This document shows positions 16,834-24,319 of a stretch of DNA of 32,000 bases, piece by piece. Made by a program: the position numbers and the translations under genes. Position 1 is the first letter of the stretch, and every line of letters starts with the position of its first letter. Below the pieces are notes generated by a model that saw only the letters and a program-made list of their open reading frames with translations, searched no databases and was not told where the DNA came from. This DNA is from Vibrio cholerae ATCC 14035 (lineage in GTDB: Bacteria; Pseudomonadota; Gammaproteobacteria; Enterobacterales; Vibrionaceae), in contig NZ_JHXR01000002.1 in the NCBI RefSeq assembly GCF_000621645.1, positions 240,001-272,000 of the forward strand, written 5' to 3'.

Positions 16834-17684
16834 CTTATTCCTCTTACTTTAGTAAATATAGTTTCAAAATTATTGATTTCCCAATCGACAAAAGGCCTCG
16901 GATCTAATGGCCTACCAATAAAACGAATCTCATAATGTAAATGAGGGCCTGACGACAACCCACTATTGCCAGAGTAAGCCAATAAGTCACCTTTTTTCAC
17001 AAAATCACCATTTTTCACAACAAATTTATGTAAATGTGAATACGAACTACTGAATCCATACGCATGTAACAAGCGAATAAAATTACCTGATCCAGTTTTG
17101 CTTATACGAGTTACTTCTACCACGCCATCTGCAGTAGCATAAATGGGGGTACCTATATTGACCGCAAAATCTTGCCCTCGGTGTATTTTTAGTTGACCCG
17201 TTACTGGATGTATACGCTTACCGTAGCCGGAAGAAGTGCGCGCCCCCAGTACCGGAGAACCACTTGGAATTTGTGCCAACATTAATATTCGTAGTGAGGA
17301 AGTAAGTGCTGCATAATCTAAACGAGATTCCAGTTCTGAATCGGTTTCATTTACACCAAGCACTTTCTCTAAATCACCGAGGCGCTCAGATACTATCTGG
17401 CTCCTCTCTTCGTGTACCGCTAAATCACTTTCAAGGTTTTCTTTTAGCTCACTAAGTGAAGAAACCTCTTCCAGTAAAAACACTGACTGACTTTCCAGCT
17501 CTTTCTGTTTGAGTTTGGCAAAATCAACTTGGTTTTTTAGATAAAAAATTACGCCAATAGTAGTACCCCCCCCCACTAATATGATGTACCCCATACTTTT
17601 GAGAGCGAAGCGAAATACTTTTCCTAAATAAAAATGCTGAGTTCCACGGATAGAGGAAACAGAAACAATCATTCTTTCTTTCAT
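16743..17684 (-). CDS. M23/LytM-family peptidoglycan endopeptidase (TagE-like) with N-terminal TM helix and coiled coil
   Basis: 313 aa. The motifs are GYGKRIHPVTGQLKIHRGQDFA, ATADGVV and GNSGLSSGPHLHYEIR (HxxxD and HxH metal ligands). The 3' end overlaps the bactofilin start by 91 nt in another frame. Confidence 0.88.
   Translation of the reverse strand: MKERMIVSVSSIRGTQHFYLGKVFRFALKSMGYIILVGGGTTIGVIFYLKNQVDFAKLKQKELESQSVFLLEEVSSLSELKENLESDLAVHEERSQIVSERLGDLEKVLGVNETDSELESRLDYAALTSSLRILMLAQIPSGSPVLGARTSSGYGKRIHPVTGQLKIHRGQDFAVNIGTPIYATADGVVEVTRISKTGSGNFIRLLHAYGFSSSYSHLHKFVVKNGDFVKKGDLLAYSGNSGLSSGPHLHYEIRFIGRPLDPRPFVDWEINNFETIFTKVRGIRWEYLVNNAEQRVSSQLQLSSQKEAIFPES
17566..17574 (-). repeat. 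G9 homopolymer (C9 on the + strand) inside the M23 peptidase coding sequence
   Basis: Minus-strand codons gtG GGG GGG GGt encode V37-G38-G39-G40 in the predicted TM helix. Confidence 0.95.
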
Positions 17685-18126
17685 ACCAATTCATTTCTTC
17701 ATCTGGATCGCAAAGTTGTGCGTATGACATTATCCATGTCTATTTGTATGAAAGTCATTTAAGTTAAAAACAACCTTCATCTGTACTATGTGTAGGTCTT
17801 CCTACTTACGTATAGTGTACGTTCATAGGTAAAAAAACCATTTCTGTAGCTTAATTACAAATCGAATAAAAATGGAAGGGGAGATGGATAATGCCGATCA
17901 CCAAGAAATCAAAAAGAGTGATAAATATCAATTATTTTTAATTTAAAATTAAAAATAACACCGAAACATGACACAGGTCACACTATGGCCCGTGTAAAAA
18001 ATAACAAAAACGAGATTTACATCAACTTAAAAATTATTGACAAAATAAAAAATAATAATTTACCAAAAGGACGCGTGAAAAAAGTTGAAATAGATCACCA
18101 TAAACCTGTGAATAAGTACAAATTTT

Positions 18127-18192
18127 AGCGACGTAAGTCACAAAAAACCCGTTGGTGATTCCATTCGAAATTTGTGTGGTAGAGTGATTGTG
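18127..18192 (+). promoter_or_regulatory. Candidate mtlA promoter: CRP-like site plus extended -10
   Basis: AGCGA-N6-TCACA lies at 18127-18142. TGgTAGAGT (18177-18185) fits an extended -10, which predicts a TSS near 18192. Other CRP-like sites lie at 17967-17982 (CATGA-N6-TCACA), 18084-18099 and 18107-18122. Confidence 0.35.
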
Positions 18193-18262
18193 TACTAAGC
18201 AATCAACGGTTTTTGCCGAACCGTTACTACGATTAAATTCAAACGGAACATCCAACGGGGGA
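18143..18262 (-). ncRNA. mtlS: MtlS cis-antisense sRNA locus (antisense to the mtlA 5' UTR); coordinates approximate
   Basis: Established knowledge (memory): V. cholerae makes an sRNA of about 120 nt antisense to the mtlA leader, with an overlap of about 70 nt. Seen here: a minus-strand U-run (A6 at 18142-17 on +, i.e. 18142-18147) lies about 120 nt from a position 4-5 nt upstream of the mtlA ATG. A TATCAT -10-like hexamer lies on the minus strand at 18272-18267. Confidence 0.55.
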
Positions 18263-18266
18263 CGCG

Positions 18267-20216
18267 ATGATATCATCAGACGCCAAGGTCAAGATACAAA
18301 ATTTTGGCCGTTTCTTATCAAACATGGTTATGCCGAATATTGGCGCTTTTATTGCGTGGGGCTTTATTACTGCGCTTTTTATTCCAACAGGCTGGGTACC
18401 CAATGAGACGTTAGCCTCTTTGGTTGGGCCTATGATTACCTACTTATTGCCACTGTTGATCGGTTATACCGGCGGTAAACTGGCAGGTGGCGAGCGCGGT
18501 GCGGTAGTGGGTGCCATCACCACGATGGGCGTGATTGTCGGTACCGACATTCCCATGTTCATGGGCGCGATGATCGTCGGTCCTATGGGTGGCTGGGCAA
18601 TTAAGGCGTTCGATAAAAAAATCGATGGTAAAGTGCGCAGTGGCTTTGAAATGTTGGTCAACAATTTTTCTGCCGGCATTATCGGTATGCTATGTGCCAT
18701 CATCGCTTTCTTCCTGATCGGCCCATTTGTGAAAGTGCTGTCAGGCGCATTAGCGGCTGGAGTTAACTTCCTCGTGACCGCTCACCTACTCCCTCTGACG
18801 TCCATTTTTGTTGAGCCAGCCAAAATTTTGTTCCTCAACAACGCGATTAACCACGGTATTTTCTCACCGCTGGGCATTCAGCAAGCCAGTGAAACAGGTC
18901 AATCTATTTTCTTCTTAATTGAGGCCAACCCAGGTCCTGGCCTTGGTATTTTGCTGGCGTACATGGTGTTTGGTAAGGGGACAGCTCGCCAAACCGCGGG
19001 TGGCGCGACCATCATTCACTTCTTTGGTGGTATTCACGAAATCTATTTCCCTTACATCCTAATGAATCCACGCCTGATTTTGGCGGCGATTGCGGGCGGT
19101 ATGACCGGTGTGTTTACGCTCACCGTATTTAATGCTGGTCTGGTATCTCCAGCATCTCCGGGCTCTATTTTCGCGGTACTGCTGATGACTAATAAGGGCT
19201 CAATCTTAGGTGTAGTGTGTTCCATCTTTGCAGCGGCAGCGGTTTCTTTTACCGTCGCAGCGCTACTGATGAAAGCACAAACTTCAACCGAGCAAGATGG
19301 CGATAAAGACGCGTTGGTGAAAGCCACCTCGATAATGCAAGAGATGAAAGCGGGTTCAAAAGGTCAAGCGGCACCGACGGCGACCCAAAGCAAAAAAATC
19401 GACATGGCGAATGTACAAAGCATTATTGTCGCTTGTGATGCGGGTATGGGCTCTAGTGCCATGGGTGCCAGCATGCTACGTAAAAAAATTCAGGAAGTCG
19501 GTTTGCCCGTTACGGTAACGAATATGGCCATCAACTCACTCCCTGCTCATGTGGATATGGTGATCACCCACCAAGATTTGACGGACCGTGCACGTCAACA
19601 CGCGCCGAATGCCGAGCATATTTCACTCAATAATTTCCTAGATAGCGCGTTGTACAACCAGTTAGTGACTCAACTTCTGGCCGCAAAGCGCCAAGCGGCC
19701 AATGATAGTCAGCTGATCAAGCCTTCGATTTTGGCCGCTAACGATGACCGCTATGAAGTACAGCAGCCAAGCGTATTCCAACTGCAAAAGGAGAACATTC
19801 ACCTTGGCCTGAACGCCAAAAATAAAGAGGAGGCGATTCGCTTCGCGGGTAATAAACTAGTTGAACTGGGTTACGTCCACCCAGAGTACGTCGATGCCAT
19901 GTTCGAGCGTGAAAAGCTGGTTTCAACCTACCTTGGTGAGTCCATTGCCGTACCGCACGGTACTGTGGATGCCAAAGATCGCGTGATTAAAACCGGCATT
20001 GTGATTTGCCAATACCCACAAGGCGTCGCTTTTAGTGAAGACAGCGGCGATGTCGCCAAACTCGTGATTGGTATCGCTGCCAAGAATGATGAACATATTC
20101 AAGTCATTACCACCATTACCAATGCCCTCGATGACCCAAATGCTATCGATAAACTCACCTCCACCAAGGATGTGAGTGATGTATTGAGCATTTTGGCCAC
20201 CAGCCAAGCGGCATAA
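18267..20216 (+). CDS. mtlA: PTS mannitol-specific EIICBA component
   Basis: 649 aa. The EIIC membrane domain comes first. The EIIB site is IIVACDAGMGSSAMGASMLRKK. The EIIA domain contains GESIAVPHGT. The SD is AACGGGGGA. Confidence 0.97.
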   Translation: MISSDAKVKIQNFGRFLSNMVMPNIGAFIAWGFITALFIPTGWVPNETLASLVGPMITYLLPLLIGYTGGKLAGGERGAVVGAITTMGVIVGTDIPMFMGAMIVGPMGGWAIKAFDKKIDGKVRSGFEMLVNNFSAGIIGMLCAIIAFFLIGPFVKVLSGALAAGVNFLVTAHLLPLTSIFVEPAKILFLNNAINHGIFSPLGIQQASETGQSIFFLIEANPGPGLGILLAYMVFGKGTARQTAGGATIIHFFGGIHEIYFPYILMNPRLILAAIAGGMTGVFTLTVFNAGLVSPASPGSIFAVLLMTNKGSILGVVCSIFAAAAVSFTVAALLMKAQTSTEQDGDKDALVKATSIMQEMKAGSKGQAAPTATQSKKIDMANVQSIIVACDAGMGSSAMGASMLRKKIQEVGLPVTVTNMAINSLPAHVDMVITHQDLTDRARQHAPNAEHISLNNFLDSALYNQLVTQLLAAKRQAANDSQLIKPSILAANDDRYEVQQPSVFQLQKENIHLGLNAKNKEEAIRFAGNKLVELGYVHPEYVDAMFEREKLVSTYLGESIAVPHGTVDAKDRVIKTGIVICQYPQGVAFSEDSGDVAKLVIGIAAKNDEHIQVITTITNALDDPNAIDKLTSTKDVSDVLSILATSQAA

Positions 20217-20226
20217 CGTTTTTGCT

Positions 20227-20280
20227 CCTGAGGCAAAACGAGGTCAGCAACGCCCCCTATGTGGCTGACCTCACCTCAGG
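20227..20280 (+). other. Nested stem-loop in the mtlA-mtlD spacer
   Basis: The outer stem is cctgagg (20227-20233) / cctcagg (20274-20280). The inner stem is gaggtcagc (20240-20248) / gctgacctc (20264-20272). No T-run follows. Confidence 0.6.
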
Positions 20281-20316
20281 CGGTGAGAGAAACATTCAAC
20301 ATTGAGGTAGGTAAAG

Positions 20317-21471
20317 ATGAAAAAGAATGCAGTTCATTTTGGTGCTGGCAACATTGGCCGTGGCTTTATTGGCAAACTTCTGGCGGATGCCGACATTGCC
20401 GTCACCTTCGCCGATGTCAACGAACCCCTTGTGGATCAACTGAGTCATCAACAAGAATACAAAGTCAAAGTGGTCGGTAGCGAATGCAAAATGGAAACCG
20501 TTAGCCACGTCACCGCCGTCAACAGTGCTAGTGAAGCCTTGATCGAGCGGATTATCAAAACCGATTTAGTCACCACGGCGGTTGGGCCAACAGTGCTGGA
20601 TATCATTGCCAAAACCATCGCCAAGGGTTTGAGCGCTCGCTTTGCCGCAGGTAATACGCAACCACTCAACATCATCGCCTGTGAGAATATGGTGCGCGGT
20701 ACGACTCACCTTAAGCAGCAGGTGTATCAATTCCTCACTACCGAGGAACAACAACAAGCTGATGCTTTAGTGGGCTTTGTGGATTCCGCAGTCGATCGCA
20801 TTGTGCCACCGTTGCAAGCAGCTAACGACGATCCGTTGGAAGTGACCGTAGAAAGCTTCAGCGAATGGATTGTGGATGAGCAGCAGTTTAAAGGCGAGAT
20901 CCCACAGATTGAGGGAATGGAGAAAACCGATAACCTGATGGCGTTTGTCGAACGCAAACTGTTTACCCTCAACACGGGTCACTGTGTGACGGCTTATCTG
21001 GGCTGTTTAAAAGGTCACCGTACCATCCGTGAAGCGATTGAAGATCCGTGCATTCATGCACAGGTGAAACAAGCGATGCAAGAGAGCGGCGAAGTGCTGA
21101 TCCGCCGCTATGGTTTTGATCGCGCCCTGCACAGCGCCTACATCGAGAAAATCCTAAGCCGCTTTGCCAATCCTTATCTGGTGGATGAAGTGGATCGCGT
21201 TGGTCGTCAGCCGCTGAGAAAACTTAGCGCAAATGATAGATTAATCAAACCTTTACTCGGTACAATTGAGTACGGCTTACCAAACGGCATGTTATTGAAA
21301 GGGATTGCCGCAGCGCTGAAATATCGCAATAGCAGTGATCCCCAAGCCGTCGAATTACAACAAAGTATTGAAAAAGAAGGTGTTCGCTCTACACTTGCCC
21401 GCTATACCGGGTTAGCCGCCGAAAGTGTGGAAGCACAACAAATTGAAGCTCTCTACCAACAGATGGATTGA
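20317..21471 (+). CDS. mtlD: Mannitol-1-phosphate 5-dehydrogenase
   Basis: 384 aa. The N-terminal Rossmann motif is [14 protein letters not shown]. The gene order mtlA-mtlD-mtlR matches E. coli. The SD is GAGGTAGG. Confidence 0.95.
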   Translation: MKKNAVHFGAGNIGRGFIGKLLADADIAVTFADVNEPLVDQLSHQQEYKVKVVGSECKMETVSHVTAVNSASEALIERIIKTDLVTTAVGPTVLDIIAKTIAKGLSARFAAGNTQPLNIIACENMVRGTTHLKQQVYQFLTTEEQQQADALVGFVDSAVDRIVPPLQAANDDPLEVTVESFSEWIVDEQQFKGEIPQIEGMEKTDNLMAFVERKLFTLNTGHCVTAYLGCLKGHRTIREAIEDPCIHAQVKQAMQESGEVLIRRYGFDRALHSAYIEKILSRFANPYLVDEVDRVGRQPLRKLSANDRLIKPLLGTIEYGLPNGMLLKGIAAALKYRNSSDPQAVELQQSIEKEGVRSTLARYTGLAAESVEAQQIEALYQQMD

Positions 21472-21479
21472 AGTATCAG

Positions 21480-21547
21480 GATAACCGTTTGAAAAAATGC
21501 GGTTATCGGTAGTCTTAAAATGTCGAGAGCTGTCACTCGCTCTCGAC
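21480..21547 (+). other. Two stem-loops between mtlD and mtlR
   Basis: gataaccg (21480-21487) pairs with cggttatc (21500-21507). gtcgagagc (21522-21530) pairs with gctctcgac (21539-21547). The second hairpin starts 2 nt into the ATG at 21520. Confidence 0.6.
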
Positions 21548-22101
21548 TTAACTCAACAACAGATCAGTTTATGGCAGAAAAAATTAACGAATCCGACATT
21601 CTGGAGCGCTTGAATCAGACCCACACGGTACGAGGATTCTTCATTACAACGGTTGATGTGCTAACCGAAGCCATTGATGCACTGATGCAACGTATTTTCC
21701 GTAAAGACAATTTCGCGGTGAAATCCGTAGTTGAACCACTCTTGCACGATACAGGACCGCTGGGTGACCTAACGGTTCGCCTGAAACTTTTATTTGGTTT
21801 GGGCGTGATCCCAGATGAGGTTTTCCACGATATTGAACACTTAATCAAACTGCGCAATCAGCTCAATCATGATGCAACCGAGTACCAATTCACCGACCCG
21901 CAAATTCTCGCGCCAATCAAAGCACTCAATCTGGTCAAAAAAATGGGCATGTTGCATTTAAACGTCGTGGAGCCAGACGACGATATTGACCTCAGCTTTT
22001 ACCACCTGCAATTGCAACGCCAACAGCAAGTGATCAAATCTGGTCTCTCTCTGGCCATCATTCAAATTTGTAATGCACTCAACAAAGACAGCCCGTTTTA
22101 A
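21520..22101 (+). CDS. mtlR: Mannitol operon repressor MtlR
   Basis: The product aligns with E. coli MtlR (ILERLN, VRGFFITTVDVLTEAIDALMQRIFRKDNFAVKSVVEPLL, GPLGDLTVRLKLLFGLGVI, LNHD). The start is ambiguous: ATG 21520 gives 193 aa and ATG 21571 gives 176 aa. Neither has a good SD. Confidence 0.88.
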   Translation: MSRAVTRSRLNSTTDQFMAEKINESDILERLNQTHTVRGFFITTVDVLTEAIDALMQRIFRKDNFAVKSVVEPLLHDTGPLGDLTVRLKLLFGLGVIPDEVFHDIEHLIKLRNQLNHDATEYQFTDPQILAPIKALNLVKKMGMLHLNVVEPDDDIDLSFYHLQLQRQQQVIKSGLSLAIIQICNALNKDSPF

Positions 22102-22214
22102 CGTTTAGGTGCACGCCGATTTCGCGTGTTCTCCGCTCAACTTCCACATCCATTTTTCATCTTGTTTGCGTATCGTGTTAGCCTGAAGCCTTTCTGATGA
22201 CAAACGAGTGAAGC

Positions 22215-23150
22215 ATGAAAATCGCTATGATTGGTCTGGGAGATATTGCCCAGAAAGCTTATCTTCCCGTATTGGCTCAATGGCCAGATATTGAATTGGT
22301 GCTCTGCACCCGAAATCCGAAAGTATTGGGGACTCTAGCGACGCGTTACCGAGTCAGCGCGACGTGCACCGACTACCGTGATGTGTTGCAGTATGGTGTG
22401 GATGCAGTGATGATCCATGCGGCGACCGATGTACACAGCACACTTGCGGCGTTTTTTCTGCATCTAGGGATCCCAACTTTTGTCGATAAACCACTCGCCG
22501 CGAGCGCGCAAGAGTGTGAAAACTTGTATGAGTTAGCGGAGAAACATCACCAACCACTTTATGTCGGGTTTAACCGACGTCATATCCCGCTCTACAACCA
22601 ACATTTGTCCGAGCTGGCTCAACAAGAGTGTGGGGCGCTGCGTTCACTGCGTTGGGAAAAACATCGCCATGCCCTGCCCGGCGATATTCGCACCTTTGTG
22701 TTCGATGATTTCATTCATCCTCTAGATAGCGTCAACCTTTCGCGTCAGTGCAATTTAGATGACCTCCATCTCACCTATCACATGAGTGAAGGACTCCTCG
22801 CCCGCCTTGATGTTCAATGGCAAACGGGCGATACCTTATTGCACGCTTCGATGAACCGTCAGTTTGGGATAACCACAGAGCATGTCACGGCCAGTTATGA
22901 CAATGTGGCTTATCTGTTTGATTCCTTTACTCAAGGAAAAATGTGGCGAGATAACCAAGAAAGTCGAGTGGCCTTAAAAGATTGGACACCGATGCTCGCC
23001 AGTAAAGGCTTTGACGCTATGGTGCAAGATTGGTTGCAAGTTGCAGCAGCAGGCAAACTACCCACTCATATCATTGAACGTAACTTAGCCAGTCACCAAC
23101 TGGCTGAAGCGATTTGCCAGCAGATCACTCAACAGGTAACCAAGGGCTAA
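22215..23150 (+). CDS. Gfo/Idh/MocA-family NAD(P)-dependent oxidoreductase
   Basis: 311 aa. The N-terminal Rossmann segment is MKIAMIGLGDIAQKAYLPVL. FVDKPLA and YVGFNRR segments typical of the family are present. Confidence 0.8.
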   Translation: MKIAMIGLGDIAQKAYLPVLAQWPDIELVLCTRNPKVLGTLATRYRVSATCTDYRDVLQYGVDAVMIHAATDVHSTLAAFFLHLGIPTFVDKPLAASAQECENLYELAEKHHQPLYVGFNRRHIPLYNQHLSELAQQECGALRSLRWEKHRHALPGDIRTFVFDDFIHPLDSVNLSRQCNLDDLHLTYHMSEGLLARLDVQWQTGDTLLHASMNRQFGITTEHVTASYDNVAYLFDSFTQGKMWRDNQESRVALKDWTPMLASKGFDAMVQDWLQVAAAGKLPTHIIERNLASHQLAEAICQQITQQVTKG

Positions 23151-23170
23151 ACGTTGTCCCCACCAACGTT

Positions 23171-23210
23171 GCCCCCACCATAGAGAGAAGCGCTAAGGTG
23201 GGGGCTTTGT
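23171..23210 (+). terminator. Rho-independent terminator
   Basis: gcccccacc (23171-23179) pairs with ggtgggggc (23197-23205), followed by TTTGT. Confidence 0.7.
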
Positions 23211-23250
23211 CATTCGTTAGTATGCTTGTGATGACGAGATCACGGGGGAC

Positions 23251-24105
23251 TTACCAGCTTTTTTCGCCCATGTTCACTTCAGCGCTAAGCTGTAAGCTAC
23301 CGTCATCCGGTAAGACCGGATACTGCGCACGCATTTTCTCAATCACTTGTGAAGAGTGCGTCGAGCTATCCAAAGCTTGTTCAAATTTCACCAAATACTC
23401 TTTCGTGAAAGAGATGGCTTGCGTACCTTGTGGGATTTCATGACCATAATGACCAGGGATCACCTGTTTTGGTTTGAGTTCGAGCATACGATCTAAGGTT
23501 TCTACCCATTCCATACGTGCTTGCTTGGTTTGGCTATCCGCAGTCCAAACATGCATATCACTCATTACTGCGACACCACCCAAAATCGTTTTCTCTGCAG
23601 GCAACCACAGATAGGCTTGCGGATGATTGAGCTGTTTGATCTCAATTTTACCGCCATTGAGCACAAACTTAGTACGATTATCGACTTTAGGTACAATCAC
23701 TTTTTGCGGCGCATTTTCAGCGAGGATGGGTCCCCAATACTCGATTTTGGCGTCTTTAGTCGCTTCAATGTGTTTGACCACACTTTCACTGGCTAGAACC
23801 GGAACGTTTGGAAAGGCTTCCACCAGAGGTTGTAGGCCAAAATAGTAATCCGGATCGCCCGCGCTGATGTAAATAGCGGTGAGCTCTTTGCCTGATTGCT
23901 TGATCATGTCGACCAGCTTAGCACCATCATTCACACCAAATTGAGCATCAACGAGAATGGCTTGTTTCTCGTCACTGATGAGGGTTGAGCTGACGGGGAA
24001 AATGCCATGTTCACCTGGGTTATACGTTTGCAGTTCTAAAGCCGCTAAGCTTGAAAACGCGGGTAATAGCAGGGCTGAAGTCAAAAGGGTACGAGTAAGT
24101 TTCAT
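23251..24105 (-). CDS. Secreted MBL-fold (metallo-beta-lactamase superfamily) protein with a non-canonical metal motif
   Basis: ATG at 24105 has GGAGA upstream. The signal peptide is MKLTRTLLTSALLLPAFSSLAA. The fold pattern is AILVDAQFG...TAIYISAGDPDYYFG...VIPGHYGHE. The position of the usual THxHxDH motif reads SAGDPDY. Confidence 0.65.
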   Translation of the reverse strand: MKLTRTLLTSALLLPAFSSLAALELQTYNPGEHGIFPVSSTLISDEKQAILVDAQFGVNDGAKLVDMIKQSGKELTAIYISAGDPDYYFGLQPLVEAFPNVPVLASESVVKHIEATKDAKIEYWGPILAENAPQKVIVPKVDNRTKFVLNGGKIEIKQLNHPQAYLWLPAEKTILGGVAVMSDMHVWTADSQTKQARMEWVETLDRMLELKPKQVIPGHYGHEIPQGTQAISFTKEYLVKFEQALDSSTHSSQVIEKMRAQYPVLPDDGSLQLSAEVNMGEKSW

Positions 24106-24319
24106 GCTGGGGTCTCCGTGGTGCATCAATAGAGCTACAGCTTATTGTGCTTTAAGCTGAACAAATAGATCGAAACAAGAACATCACTGATTCAAATCAG
24201 TTAACTAATTGCGCAGGATTGCCTAAAGCCTCACAGTTCTTGGTCGTTCTTGCTGACTGACATTGAGCCCCTTCCTCGTCTTATGCTTGAATGGAGCACA
24301 GACACAGAGGAATTTCAGT

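Noticed and set aside
17872-17946. A micro-ORF (MEGEMDNADHQEIKKSDKYQLFLI, or a 20-aa version from the second ATG after GGAAGG) in the AT-rich spacer upstream of the peptidase and mtlA.
   Set aside because: It is too short to support from sequence alone, the SD spacing is marginal, and there is no conservation information. It is worth only a glance in Ribo-seq data.
16401-18019. An imperfect 17-nt direct repeat (13/17) flanking the low-GC cassette, read as an att or target-site duplication.
   Set aside because: The match is A-rich and low-complexity, and is easily produced by chance in AT-rich DNA. One copy is part of a terminator stem. It is mentioned only as a weak hint within the cassette finding.
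18034-18276. An 80-aa minus-strand ORF starting opposite the mtlA start codon.
   Set aside because: It covers the region known to produce the non-coding antisense MtlS RNA and runs into AT-rich promoter DNA. It has an odd composition and no SD, so it is treated as non-coding.
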